From: Candidatus Latescibacterota bacterium
GTDB taxonomy: Bacteria; Krumholzibacteriota; Krumholzibacteriia; WVZY01; JAKEHA01
Assembly (NCBI GenBank): GCA_963707635.1
Contig: OY970173.1
Span: forward strand, 2,176,001 to 2,240,000
Length of the DNA stretch: 64,000 nucleotides
Reading direction: 5' to 3'
Below, one piece after another: positions 20,810 through 31,160 of this stretch. A model generated the notes under the pieces. The model did no database searches and was not told where the DNA came from. It saw only the letters and a program-made list of their open reading frames with translations. The position numbers were made by a program, and so were the translations under genes. The stretch's first letter is position 1, and every line of letters begins with the position of its first letter.

Positions 20810-21499
20810 TTACGACTCCAGTTCGACCAGCTTGCGATCGGTGAGCAACATCGTCCGGTCCGCGAACTCCGCGAAGCGCCGCTTGTGCGTGACGACCACG
20901 AACGTGCGCTTCTCGTCGGTGGCGAGCCCCCGGATCAGGCGAAAAATCCCCTCTCCGGTTTCGTCGTCGAGATTTCCCGTCGGTTCGTCGGCGAACACGA
21001 CCGCGGGCTCGTTGACGAGGGCCCGCGCAATGGCGACGCGCTGCTGCTCGCCGCCGGAGAGTTCTCCGGGGCGGTGCGTGAGGCGCGCGCCCAGCCCCAC
21101 ACGATCCAGCCACAGACGCGCGCCCGCCTCGGCGCGTTCCGGGGCGCGTCGCGCGATCATCCCCGGCATCATCACGTTCTCCAGCGCGGTGAACTCGGGC
21201 AGCAGGAAATGAAACTGAAACACGAAGCCCATGGTTTCGCCCCGCAGCCGGTTCAACGCCCGGCCCGAGAGCCGGTGCACATCCTCGCCCCGGAGACGCA
21301 CGGTGCCTACGTCGGGGCGGTCCAGCGAACCGAGGATATGGAGCAGCGTGCTCTTGCCGACCCCCGATGCCCCGATGATGCAAACCACTTGCCCTTCCGA
21401 CACCTCCAGGGCCACATCGCGTAGGACCTCGATTTCCGCCCCCGTGCCCCGAAACGTCCGGCCGACCCCCTGCGCGTCCAGGACCACGCCGCCGCTCAT
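20810..21499 (-). CDS. lolD: Lipoprotein-releasing ABC transporter ATPase
   Basis: GASGVGKST, GFVFQFHFLLPEF, LSGGEQQR, DEPTGNLD. Confidence 0.9.
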   Translation of the reverse strand: MSGGVVLDAQGVGRTFRGTGAEIEVLRDVALEVSEGQVVCIIGASGVGKSTLLHILGSLDRPDVGTVRLRGEDVHRLSGRALNRLRGETMGFVFQFHFLLPEFTALENVMMPGMIARRAPERAEAGARLWLDRVGLGARLTHRPGELSGGEQQRVAIARALVNEPAVVFADEPTGNLDDETGEGIFRLIRGLATDEKRTFVVVTHKRRFAEFADRTMLLTDRKLVELES

Positions 21500-21568
21500 A
21501 ATCTAACCGGTTTGCACCGGCGGCACAAACTGCCGGGGCCAAAACGCAACGGGCCATGAAATAATGTG

Positions 21569-22825
21569 TTACAGGTCACGAATCGCCTCCACCGGCGTCA
21601 GGCGACTGGCTTCCCAGCTCGGGTAGACCGTCGCCAGGAAACAGATGGCCACCGAGATCAGCCCGATGGCCGCCAGGTCGTCCCACTGCACCAGGACGGG
21701 CAGGGTCTTGATAAAATAGACGTCCCCGGGAAGGTCCAGGCGCACCCGGTCCAGCACGGCACATGCAATTAGCCCGGTTGCCAGCCCCCCGAGCGTCCCC
21801 AGCACGCCGATGGCGGTGCCCTCCAGCATGAAGATGGACATCACGCCCCGTCCCGAGGCCCCCATCGAGCGCAGGATGCCGATCTCGCGCCGCTTCTCCA
21901 TGATCACCATCGTGAGCATGCCCACCAGGTTGAATGCGGCCACCAGGATGATCAGGGTCAGCATCAGGAACATGAGGATCTTTTCGATCTTCATGTAGCT
22001 GAACAAATTCTGATTCAAATGGATCCAGTTGTTGGTGCCGTAGTCGCGCGGGTTCAGGATCTCCTGCACGCGCGTGTCCATCGCCTCCGCCTGGTAGAGG
22101 TCGTCGATCATGATGCTCTCGCCGCGAAGACCGGTCTCGAAATCGAACATCCGCTCCGCATCCCGGATGTCCACGTACACGAAGCGCGAGTCGAATTCGT
22201 ACATGCCGCTGTTGAAGAACGCCAGCACGCGGCACTTGAACTTCTGCGGGTCCACGTCCGCGCCCCGCACCGTGCTCGGCGCGGTGACGATGGTCATTTC
22301 CTCCCCCAGCCCCACCCCCAGGTCGAGCGCGAGGTCCAGGCCCAGGACCGCGCCGATGGTGGGCGGGTCGTCCTGGAACGAGGAGGTGTCGAACGAATCG
22401 ATCGCCGGCCGGATGCTGTCGATCACGGATGAAACCATTCGTTCGCGCGCGAGCTCGACCCCCTTGACCATGACCCCGCGCAGCTTGGTGCGCCGGCCGG
22501 GAATCACTTCGTAGGCCGCGAGCGCCTCCGAGCGCACGAACGGCGCGGTGGCGCGAATTTTCGGCTCGCGCTGGAGCCGGGCCACCGCGGTGTCGGCGCT
22601 CGCCCACGCCTCCGGGGTCCGGGCGAACGCCAGCACGTGGGTGTTGAACCCGACGATGCGCTGGCGCAGCTCGGTCTCGAAGCCGTTGATCACCGACAGC
22701 ACGATCACCAGCGTCATCGTTCCTACGAAGACGCCGCCGACCGCGATCGAGGTGATCCGCGAGACCAGCGCGGATCGTTTCTTGGTTTGCAGGTAGCGGC
22801 GCGCGATGAACAGGGTGTAGTTCAT
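21569..22825 (-). CDS. Lipoprotein-releasing ABC permease, LolC/E family (single copy)
   Basis: FIARRYL, SVINGFE, EKRREIGILRSMG, DVYFI. Confidence 0.9.
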   Translation of the reverse strand: MNYTLFIARRYLQTKKRSALVSRITSIAVGGVFVGTMTLVIVLSVINGFETELRQRIVGFNTHVLAFARTPEAWASADTAVARLQREPKIRATAPFVRSEALAAYEVIPGRRTKLRGVMVKGVELARERMVSSVIDSIRPAIDSFDTSSFQDDPPTIGAVLGLDLALDLGVGLGEEMTIVTAPSTVRGADVDPQKFKCRVLAFFNSGMYEFDSRFVYVDIRDAERMFDFETGLRGESIMIDDLYQAEAMDTRVQEILNPRDYGTNNWIHLNQNLFSYMKIEKILMFLMLTLIILVAAFNLVGMLTMVIMEKRREIGILRSMGASGRGVMSIFMLEGTAIGVLGTLGGLATGLIACAVLDRVRLDLPGDVYFIKTLPVLVQWDDLAAIGLISVAICFLATVYPSWEASRLTPVEAIRDL

Positions 22826-24309
22826 CGGCCGTCCTCGGGGCGCATGTGCGGAAAGAAGATCACGTCGCGGATCGAGTGGCTGTCCGTGAAGATCATGGTC
22901 AGACGGTCGATGCCGACGCCGAGCCCGGCCGCGGGCGGCATGCCGTACTCGAGCGCGCGCAGGTAGTCCTCGTCGAGGGGCTGCGCCTCGTCGTCGCCGC
23001 GCGCGCGCAGCTCCGCCTGCTGGTCGAAACGGCGCCGCTGCTCGAGCGGGTCGTTGAGCTCCGAAAACGCGTTACAGATCTCGAAACCGGCGACGTACCC
23101 CTCGAAGCGCTCGACCAGCCCCGCCTCCTCGCGGTGGTCCTTGGCCAGCGGGGAGAGCTCCTTCGGGTAGTCGTACACGAACGTCGGCTGCTGGAGGTCC
23201 GGCTCGACTTTGGCGCCGAAGATCTCGTTGATCACCGCGCCGGCGGGCGCGCCCGCCTCCACCGGCACTCCCAGTCGGCGGGCGATCGCGTGCAGCGCGT
23301 CCGGCGACTTTCCGCGCAGGTCCTCTCCCGTGCGCTCCGCGATGGCGTCGAAATAACGAACCCGCTTCCACGGCCGGTTGAAATCCAGCGCGTGGCCGCC
23401 GTAGCTGACGGCGCCGTCGGCGGTGATGGCGAGCGCGACCGCCCGCATCATTTCCTCGACCATGTCCATGCAATCCATGTAGTCGAGATACGCGGCGTAG
23501 CATTCCATCATCGTGAATTCGGGGTTGTGCGACCGGTCGATGCCCTCGTTGCGAAAATCCTTCGCGAACTCGAAGACGCGCTCGAATCCGCCGACGAGCA
23601 GACGCTTGAGGTAGAGCTCGTTGGCGATGCGCAGGTAGAGCGTCATGCCCAGCGCGTTGTGGTGGGTGGTGAACGGGCGCGCGGTGGCGCCGCCGTAGAG
23701 CGGCTGCAGCACCGGCGTCTCCACCTCGACGAAGCCCCTTGCGATCAGAAACTGCCGCATCGTCTCCACCAGCCGGGAGCGCTTGCGGAACACCTCGCGG
23801 ACGTCCGGGTTCATGATCAGGTCGACGTAGCGCTGGCGGTAACGAAGCTCCTTGTCGGTGAGCCCGTGCCACTTGTCGGGCAGCGGGCGCAGCGTCTTCG
23901 CGAGCATCGCGATGGACGCCACCTTGACGGTGAGTTCGTTGGTCTTGGTGCGAAACACGGCGCCTTCGATGCCGACGACGTCGCCGAGCTCGATGAGCTC
24001 GAAGCGCGCGAACGCCTCCGGCGCGAGGTCCTCGCGCCGCACGTAGAACTGCACGCGCCCCGACGCGTCCTCCACGTGGCCGAAGGCGGTCTTGCCGTGG
24101 CCGCGCAGCGACATGACGCGACCGGCCACGCGCACGACGGTGTTGGCCGCGGTCAGCGCCGCCTCCCCGCGGATCACCGCGTCCACCGCGTGCGTCACCG
24201 GGTAGCGATACGGATACGGGTTCGCCCCGAGCGCCCGCAGCGCGTTCATTTTCTCGATGCGCTCCGCGCGCAGCTTCTCGAACCCGTGAACTTCTCGTTC
24301 TTCCGCCAT
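22822..24309 (-). CDS. lysS: Lysine--tRNA ligase (class II)
   Basis: RYRQRYVDL, FRNEG....HNPEF, GLGVGIDRL. Confidence 0.96.
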   Translation of the reverse strand: MAEEREVHGFEKLRAERIEKMNALRALGANPYPYRYPVTHAVDAVIRGEAALTAANTVVRVAGRVMSLRGHGKTAFGHVEDASGRVQFYVRREDLAPEAFARFELIELGDVVGIEGAVFRTKTNELTVKVASIAMLAKTLRPLPDKWHGLTDKELRYRQRYVDLIMNPDVREVFRKRSRLVETMRQFLIARGFVEVETPVLQPLYGGATARPFTTHHNALGMTLYLRIANELYLKRLLVGGFERVFEFAKDFRNEGIDRSHNPEFTMMECYAAYLDYMDCMDMVEEMMRAVALAITADGAVSYGGHALDFNRPWKRVRYFDAIAERTGEDLRGKSPDALHAIARRLGVPVEAGAPAGAVINEIFGAKVEPDLQQPTFVYDYPKELSPLAKDHREEAGLVERFEGYVAGFEICNAFSELNDPLEQRRRFDQQAELRARGDDEAQPLDEDYLRALEYGMPPAAGLGVGIDRLTMIFTDSHSIRDVIFFPHMRPEDGR

Positions 24310-24331
24310 GTCTCCTCGTCCCTTCCCGGCG

Positions 24332-25436
24332 CTATCCGGCCAGCCGGTGCAGGTACGCCTCGATCGCCTCGTCGATGTCGCCGTCCAGAACCGCGTGCAC
24401 GTCGCTGGTCTGCCAGTCGGTGCGATGGTCCTTCACCATCGTGTACGGGTGCAAGACGTAGGACCGAATCTGGCTTCCCCACGCGATCTCTTTCTGCCCC
24501 TCCATCATCTTGTCCATGCGCGCGCGTTCCTCCTCGCGCTTGAGCGCGTACAGCCGCGCCCGGAGGATCTTCATGGCGTTGTCCCGGTTGCGGTGCTGGG
24601 AACGCTCGTTCTGTGACTGCACCACGATCCCGCTGGGCAGGTGCGTGATGCGCACCGCGCTGTCGGTCTTGTTGACGTGCTGGCCGCCCGCGCTGCTGGC
24701 CCGATACGTGTCCACGCGCAGGTCGTCGTCGCGAATCTCGACTTCGACGTCCGCCTCGGTCTCGGGGTAGACGAACACCGACGCGAACGACGTGTGCCGC
24801 CGGTGGGCCGCGTCGTACGGCGAGAGGCGCACCAGCCGGTGGACCCCGCTCTCGGCCTTCAGGCGCCCGTAGGCGAAGTCACCCTTCACTTCGAGCGACG
24901 CCCCCTTGATGCCCGCCTCGTCCCCCGGCGACATGTCCAGCATGGCCACCGCGAACCCGTGACGCTCGCAGAAGCGCGTGTACATGCGCAGGAGCATCTC
25001 GGCCCAGTCCATGGATTCCGTGCCCCCCGCCCCGGAGTGGATGGTCAGGATCGCGTTGCGCTCGTCGTCGGGTTGCGACAGGAGCGTCGCCGTTTCCTGT
25101 TCCGCCACCACCCCCTCGATCGCCTCCAGGTCGCGGGCCACGTCGGCGAGCACCGAGGCGTCGTCCTCCTCCCGCGCCAGCACCAGCAGGCCTTCGGCGT
25201 CGGCGAGGCGGGTCTCCAGGCTTCGAACCGGCTCCAGCCGCGCGCGCAACGCCTTCGCTTCGCGCATCGCGTCGTCGGACTGCTTCTTGTCGGACCAGAA
25301 TTCGGGGTCGTTCATGCGCTCGGTCAGTGCGACCAGGCGCGCATCCAGGGCGGGAGCGTCAAAGACACTCCTTGAGTTTGCGGGTGCGATCCTTGAGGGC
25401 GTTCAAATGTTCCTGCACTTCGTGTACGGCTTTCAT
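24332..25436 (-). CDS. prfB: Peptide chain release factor 2 (programmed +1 frameshift)
   Basis: First frame MKAVHEV...KECL ends at CTT-TGA-C (25364-25358); second frame has SPY (SPF-type), GGQ and WGSQIRSY. Confidence 0.95.
25358..25373 (-). promoter_or_regulatory. prfB frameshift signal
   Basis: AAGGAG-TGT-CTT-TGA-C: internal SD, slippery codon and UGA stop. Confidence 0.93.
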
Positions 25437-26041
25437 GGTTCGGACTCCGATTCGAGAGCGGCAGCTACCAGCGTATCCACGTCGGCGAGCACGGCGTTCA
25501 ACTCGCGCCCAGTATCGATGACGGCATCCGCTTTGTAAAAGTGTTTTTCCATCCCGTCCTGCGCGTCGAGGCGCGAGTGGATCTCCGCCTCCGTCCACCC
25601 GCCCTTCGCCATGAGGCGCGCTCGCCGTATCTCCCGGTCGCAGCGCAGCGCCAGCGTCAGGTCGAGGGCGAACGGCATCTCCACCTCGAGGAGGAGCGCG
25701 GCGTCGACCACGACGACCCGCCCCGGACCCGGGCGCGCCTCGGCGACGGCCGACGCGCAGCGCTGGATCACCTCCGGGTGGACGATCTCGTTGAGCGCGG
25801 CGCGCGAGCCGGCGTCGGTGAACACGCGCGCGCCCAGGCGATGACGATTCACCTGTCCGTCGGTGTCGACCATGTCCGGCCCGAAGCGTTCGAAGATGCG
25901 CCGCATCACCGGCGGGTCCTGGAGCACGGCGTGGGCGATCCGATCCGCGTCGATGTGCGTGCCGCCGAAGCGGCGCACGACGTGCGCGCCGATCGTCGAC
26001 TTTCCCGTCCCGGATCCGCCCGCGATTCCGACCGTCAGCAT
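25433..26041 (-). CDS. coaE: Dephospho-CoA kinase
   Basis: GGSGTGKST, IDADRIAH, LNEIVHP, DAALLLE. Confidence 0.92.
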   Translation of the reverse strand: MLTVGIAGGSGTGKSTIGAHVVRRFGGTHIDADRIAHAVLQDPPVMRRIFERFGPDMVDTDGQVNRHRLGARVFTDAGSRAALNEIVHPEVIQRCASAVAEARPGPGRVVVVDAALLLEVEMPFALDLTLALRCDREIRRARLMAKGGWTEAEIHSRLDAQDGMEKHFYKADAVIDTGRELNAVLADVDTLVAAALESESEP

Positions 26042-26057
26042 GCCCCCTCCCTCCGCA

Positions 26058-28859
26058 TCAATGCGCCTCGAGCCAGTTCGGTCCCGTCCCCATGTCGACC
26101 TTGAGCGGCACGTCGAGCGCGAGGGCGCCTTCCATACACTCGCGTACCAGGTCCTGCATCTCCGCGAGCTCCTGCCGGGGCACGTCGAACAGGAGCTCGT
26201 CGTGCACCTGCAGGATCATGCGCGCCTCCAGGCCGCGCCGGTCGAGCTCGCGGGCGACCCGCAGCATCGCAAGCTTGATGATGTCGGCGGCCGTGCCCTG
26301 GACAGGCGTGTTCACCGCCACCCGTTCCGAAAAGGCGCGCGCGCTCGGGTTCGCGCTGTCGATGTCGGGAAGCCGGCGCACGCGGCCAAGCAGGGTTCCC
26401 ACCACGCGGTCGCGCCGCGCCCGCTCGATGGTCTCGTCGATGAAGCGCTTGACCCCGGGGTACGACCTGAAGTAGTCGGCGATGAACTGCTTCGCTTCCT
26501 CCGTGCTGATGTCCAGCGACTGGGCGAGCCCGCGCGCCCCCATGCCGTAGACGATGCCGAAGTTTACCACTTTCGCGCGCGAGCGCATCTCCGTCGTGAC
26601 CTTCTCGGGCGCCACACCCATGACCCTGGCCGCGGTGGTGCGATGCACGTCGTCGCCGGCGCGAAAGGCGGCTTGCAGCCCTTCGTCTCCGGATAGATGG
26701 GCCAGGATCCGGAGTTCGATCTGCGAATAGTCCGCGTCCAGCAGCACCCAACCCGGAGCCCGCGCCACGAAGGCTTTCCGGATTTCCCGGCCCTCCGCCG
26801 TTCGAATCGGGATGTTCTGCAGGTTGGGGTCTGAACTCGACAGGCGCCCGGTCGTGGCCACGGCCTGGTTGTAGGACGTGTGGACGCGGCCGGTCTCCGG
26901 GTGCACGAGACGCGGGAGCGCGTCGACGTAGGTGCCCTTGAGCTTCACGAGCTGGCGCCATTCGAGCAGCATCTCCACCACCGGGTGCTGCCCGTGCAGC
27001 GACTCGAGCACGTCGGCGTCGGTCGAGAAGCCGGTCTTCGTCCGCCGCGCCGGCTGCAGGCGCAGGCGTTCGAACAGCACCTCGCGCAGCTTCGGCGTCG
27101 AGCTCAGGTTGAAGCGTTCGCCGACCGCGGCGTAGATGGACTCCTCCAGCACGCCGATGCGCCCCGCGTAGCCCCGCGCGAGCTCGTCGAGGAACGCGAC
27201 GTCAACCCGCACCCCGGTCATTTCCATCCGGCCCAGCACCTGCGACAGGGGCATCTCCACGTCGTGGAAAAGCGCGCGCACCGGGGACGCCTCGAGCATC
27301 GGAGCGAAGCACTCGAAGAGCCGCAGCGTGTAGTCCGCGTCCTCGCAGGCGTACTCGACCACGCGCGCCAGCGGAACCCGGCGGATGTCCTTTTCCTTCA
27401 CGCGGCGGTCGAAGAGCGACTCGAACGTGATCATCTCGTGCCCGCAATAGTCGCGCGCCAGCGCGTCCAGGCCGTGGCTGCGCCGCACCGGGTCGAGGCA
27501 GTACGACGCCAGCATGGTGTCGAATCCGATGCCGCGTAGCGGCAACCCGGCCCGTTCCAGCACGACGGCGTCATACTTGATGTGCTGGCCGATCTTGCGC
27601 GGGTGTTCGCTCCCGAGGACGGGCCCCAGGCGCGCACGCACGTCGTCCAGCGCCAGTCCGGGGGCGCGCGCACTCGGCAGCAGGCCGAGCGAGCCGTCCT
27701 CGAGCTCGCTCGCTACCGGCACGTACCATGCCTCGCCGGGCGCGATCGCCACTGACACGCCGGCGAGTACGGCCCGCATCGGGTCGACGCCGGAGGTCTC
27801 GGTGTCGACGGCGATCTCGGCGCACGCCGCCAGCCGGGCGGCGAGCGCGTCGAGCTCCGCGCGCGTATCCACGCAGCGGTAATCTACCCGCACCGCCGCT
27901 TCCGCCGCCGAGGGCGCGCGCGGCGGCGGTCCGGCCGCACCCCCGGCCGGCGGCGCACTCGACGAGGCGCGCACCGCCGCGGCCGGGCCACCCCCGCGGT
28001 CGCCGAACACCTGATCGCGCATGCGCTTGAACTCCAGGTCGGAAAGCAGCGCCTCGAATTCGGGGGTGCGAATATCCGGGAGCGCCAGCGCCTCGAGCTC
28101 GATCGAAAGCGGTACGTCGTCGCGCAGACGCACGAGTTCGCGCGCGCGAAACGCCTCGTCGCGCCCCTCGAGGAGCCGACGGCGCACGCCGGCTTTCTCG
28201 ACCTCGTCGAGTCGCTGGTAGATCGTGTCGAGTGAGCCGAAGCGGTGCAGGAGCTCCTGCGCCGTCTTCTCGCCGATGCCGCGCACGCCGGGAACGTTGT
28301 CGCTCGCGTCGCCCACCAGCGCCAGATAGTCGACGAACTGTTCCGCCCGCAGCCCGGTCTGCCGAACCAGCTCCGCCGGGTCGAGCTCGTTTTCCAGCAC
28401 GGCTCCCTTGCCCGGCCGGATCACGTGCACGCGTTCGTCGACCAGCTGGAGGAGGTCCTTGTCTCCCGACACGACCTGCACCCGCACGCGCTGCCGCCAG
28501 CGTTTCGCCAGGGTCGCGATGATGTCGTCCGCCTCGAAGCCGGGCGCCTCCAGGCGCGCGATCCGCATGGCATCCAGCGCCGCGAACATGACCGGGAGCT
28601 GGCGGAGCAATCCCTCCGGTGTCTGCGGGCGCTGCGCCTTGTACGCGTCGAATTGCTCGTGGCGGAACGTCCGTTCCCGGCTATCAAAGGCGACCGCGAG
28701 GTAGCCCGGTGCCTGTTTGTTGAGCAGGGAAAGCAGCGTGTTGACGAATCCGTACACCGCCCCCGTTTCTTCGCCGCGCGAGTTGCGCAGCGGCGCGCCG
28801 GCGAACGCGAAATACGACCGGTAGGCCAGCGCGTGTCCGTCGACCAGCACCAGGTTCAC
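26058..28859 (-). CDS. polA: DNA polymerase I
   Basis: 5'-3' exonuclease (LVDG, EADD), 3'-5' exonuclease (DTETS, KYD, YACEDAD), DYSQIELR, QVHDEL. Confidence 0.96.
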   Translation of the reverse strand: MNLVLVDGHALAYRSYFAFAGAPLRNSRGEETGAVYGFVNTLLSLLNKQAPGYLAVAFDSRERTFRHEQFDAYKAQRPQTPEGLLRQLPVMFAALDAMRIARLEAPGFEADDIIATLAKRWRQRVRVQVVSGDKDLLQLVDERVHVIRPGKGAVLENELDPAELVRQTGLRAEQFVDYLALVGDASDNVPGVRGIGEKTAQELLHRFGSLDTIYQRLDEVEKAGVRRRLLEGRDEAFRARELVRLRDDVPLSIELEALALPDIRTPEFEALLSDLEFKRMRDQVFGDRGGGPAAAVRASSSAPPAGGAAGPPPRAPSAAEAAVRVDYRCVDTRAELDALAARLAACAEIAVDTETSGVDPMRAVLAGVSVAIAPGEAWYVPVASELEDGSLGLLPSARAPGLALDDVRARLGPVLGSEHPRKIGQHIKYDAVVLERAGLPLRGIGFDTMLASYCLDPVRRSHGLDALARDYCGHEMITFESLFDRRVKEKDIRRVPLARVVEYACEDADYTLRLFECFAPMLEASPVRALFHDVEMPLSQVLGRMEMTGVRVDVAFLDELARGYAGRIGVLEESIYAAVGERFNLSSTPKLREVLFERLRLQPARRTKTGFSTDADVLESLHGQHPVVEMLLEWRQLVKLKGTYVDALPRLVHPETGRVHTSYNQAVATTGRLSSSDPNLQNIPIRTAEGREIRKAFVARAPGWVLLDADYSQIELRILAHLSGDEGLQAAFRAGDDVHRTTAARVMGVAPEKVTTEMRSRAKVVNFGIVYGMGARGLAQSLDISTEEAKQFIADYFRSYPGVKRFIDETIERARRDRVVGTLLGRVRRLPDIDSANPSARAFSERVAVNTPVQGTAADIIKLAMLRVARELDRRGLEARMILQVHDELLFDVPRQELAEMQDLVRECMEGALALDVPLKVDMGTGPNWLEAH

Positions 28860-28869
28860 GGCGCCTCCT

Positions 28870-29475
28870 CTACGCGTCCGCGTACAGTCCGTGACGGGCG
28901 ATGTAGGACGCCACCGCGGGGGCGACCACGCCTCCGGGCAGCCCTCCCCGTGCGGCCAGCTGTCGAATCTCGGTCGATGACACGTCGATCACCGGCTCTT
29001 CGAACACGACGATCGACGCGTCGCCTCCAACCGGGAGCGTCATCGCAGCGTTTCCGCGCGGGAACACGACCAGCGTGCACAGCTGCAAGATCTCTTCCGG
29101 GTCTTTCCAGGTGGCGAATTCGAGCAGGCTGTCTGCCCCGATGATGAAGTAGAGATCGGCCGCGGTGAGCGCCCGGCACGCGCGCAAGAGGTCGATAGTA
29201 TAGGACGGGTCGTGGGATTCCTCCACCCGGGTGACGGCGGCGCCGTCGAGTCCCGCCACCGCGAGGTCCAGCATGGCCGCGCGGTGCGGGTACGCGGTCG
29301 CCGCGGCGCCCCGCTTGTGGGGCGGGTTGACGGCGGCCGAGAACACCACCCGCTCGAGACCGAGTGTTTCCCGCGCCGCTTCCGCCATGCGCGTGTGGCC
29401 CAGGTGCGGCGGATCGAACGTCCCGCCCAGTATCCCGACCCGGTGTCCGCTCCAGATTGCCGATTCGGAAGTCAT
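28870..29475 (-). CDS. nadD: Nicotinate-nucleotide adenylyltransferase
   Basis: GGTFDPPHLGH, SYTID, IIGADS, VSSTEIR; ATG overlaps bamD stop. Confidence 0.92.
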   Translation of the reverse strand: MTSESAIWSGHRVGILGGTFDPPHLGHTRMAEAARETLGLERVVFSAAVNPPHKRGAAATAYPHRAAMLDLAVAGLDGAAVTRVEESHDPSYTIDLLRACRALTAADLYFIIGADSLLEFATWKDPEEILQLCTLVVFPRGNAAMTLPVGGDASIVVFEEPVIDVSSTEIRQLAARGGLPGGVVAPAVASYIARHGLYADA

Positions 29476-30239
29476 CGCCGCGCCTGGCGAATCTTCTCCT
29501 GCGCCTGCCGCTTCAGCGGGTGATCCTCCGGGTATTCGAGGATCCGGGTGAACTGCGCGATCGCGCTTTCGTTCTCGCCGCGGGCGAGCATGATGGTGCC
29601 CTTGAGGTAGAGCGCTTCCACCCAACCGTCGTTCTCCGGGTAGCTTTCGATGATCTTGTCGCAGTAGACAATGGCCGCGGGGTACTCGTGCCGCCGCGCG
29701 TACCAGCGCGCCGCCGTCAACGCCTTCTCCGCCAACCGGGCGTTGATCTGCCGCACGTACGCGCGCGCCTCCGGCGCCCGCGCGCTCTCCGGATAGGTCT
29801 GGAGAAACTGGCTGAACCGGCTCAGCGCGTCGATGCTCTTCTGCTGGTCGCGCGCCGGCTTCGGCGCCTCGCGCCAGCAGCACACGCCGATTTGAAAGAG
29901 GGCGTCGTCGACCCACTCGCTGTACCCGAAGTTGGTGATGACGACCTGATACTCGACGGACGCCAGCGCATAGTCGTGCATCTCGAAGTGACTGGTCGCG
30001 AGCTGGTACTGCGCGTAGTCGGCGCGGTCGTGACCCGCGTAGCGCTCGACGAACGCTTCGTAGAGCGCGACCGCCTGTGTGTATTTCTCGCGCCGGTGGA
30101 GGTCGTCGGCGCGCTCGAGAATCGCTTCCGGCGTCGCGGGGACTTTCGGGAGGCCCCCCGCGCACGCGCACAGGCCCGCCACCGCCGCCACCCACAGACC
30201 GGACCGCGTCTGCGCCGCGATCCCGCGCGCCACCCTCAC
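29472..30239 (-). CDS. bamD: Outer membrane assembly lipoprotein
   Basis: Lipobox, TPRs, RDQ motif, LAEK...ARWY. Confidence 0.85.
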   Translation of the reverse strand: MRVARGIAAQTRSGLWVAAVAGLCACAGGLPKVPATPEAILERADDLHRREKYTQAVALYEAFVERYAGHDRADYAQYQLATSHFEMHDYALASVEYQVVITNFGYSEWVDDALFQIGVCCWREAPKPARDQQKSIDALSRFSQFLQTYPESARAPEARAYVRQINARLAEKALTAARWYARRHEYPAAIVYCDKIIESYPENDGWVEALYLKGTIMLARGENESAIAQFTRILEYPEDHPLKRQAQEKIRQARR

Positions 30240-31138
30240 CTGACCCCCGCCTCCTCGAGCGCGGCCATCCGCGACCGTGCCTCCTCCACCAGACGCCCGG
30301 ACTCGCCCCGGTCGGTGCGGACGATCTCGCGATACTCCGCGTACGCGCGTGTGCGGTCACCGAGCGCTTCGTACGCGTTGCCGAGCAGAAACCGCGCCTT
30401 CTGCTGCAGGAGCCGGTTGGGCGCGCGCTCGGCGATGTCCTGCGCCGTCTCGACGGCGCGCGCATACTCGCCGGCTTCGAACGCCTTGCGCGCCTCGGCG
30501 TACGCGATGTCGTCCAGACTCGACGACACCCCGCGCGCAATCCGTCCGCGCGGGTAGCGTGCGACCAGCGTTTCCATCGCCTTGCGCGCCTCTTCCGGCT
30601 GGCCGAGCTCGGTGTAGCATTCCGCCAGCCGGGCGTAGGCCTGCTCGCACGCCGCCGTATCCGGTCGCGCCCTGGCCGCCTTCTGGTACCACGCCGCCGC
30701 TTCGGCGTAGCGGCGCTCGTCGAAGTATGCGTCGGCGATTGCAAATCCTCTCCCGCCCGCGTCGATCCCGGGTTCCAGCTCGAGCGCCCGCCGCCACCGC
30801 CGGGCCGCGTCGGCGGTCGAGGCCGTCGCCTCCATCCCCCACAGGAAGGCGGCCGCGCCCGCCGCGAGCCCGGAATCGGCGGCCACCGCCGTGTCCAGCT
30901 CCGGCAGCCCCTCGTGGTCGCGTCCCACCGCGATCAACGCGAGTCCATAATAATAGTGGACGCGCGCATCGGCCGCGCCGGTCCGGGTCGCGTGCCGCCC
31001 GAGTGCGACCACTTCGCGGTAGTCCTCCTTCTCGAACGCCCGCCGCATGTCTCGAGACGGACCGCGATCGCCGCACGCCAGAGCGGCGGCGAGTGCCACG
31101 AGCCCCGCGACCACCCACCGCCGGACCCCTCGCCGCAA
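30236..31138 (-). CDS. TPR lipoprotein (start uncertain)
   Basis: LAC lipobox and multiple TPR-like helical repeats. Confidence 0.75.
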   Translation of the reverse strand: MRRGVRRWVVAGLVALAAALACGDRGPSRDMRRAFEKEDYREVVALGRHATRTGAADARVHYYYGLALIAVGRDHEGLPELDTAVAADSGLAAGAAAFLWGMEATASTADAARRWRRALELEPGIDAGGRGFAIADAYFDERRYAEAAAWYQKAARARPDTAACEQAYARLAECYTELGQPEEARKAMETLVARYPRGRIARGVSSSLDDIAYAEARKAFEAGEYARAVETAQDIAERAPNRLLQQKARFLLGNAYEALGDRTRAYAEYREIVRTDRGESGRLVEEARSRMAALEEAGVR

Positions 31139-31160
31139 CGACCGCGCGCGGAAACGTCCT

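Noticed and set aside
20808..20830. CtsR box or ctsR gene upstream of mcsA
   Set aside because: lolD abuts mcsA and no GGTCAAA direct repeats are visible.
27890..28010. Ala/Pro/Gly-rich insert in polA as a possible intein or mobile insert
   Set aside because: Short low-complexity linker between the 5' nuclease and Klenow domains; no intein motifs.
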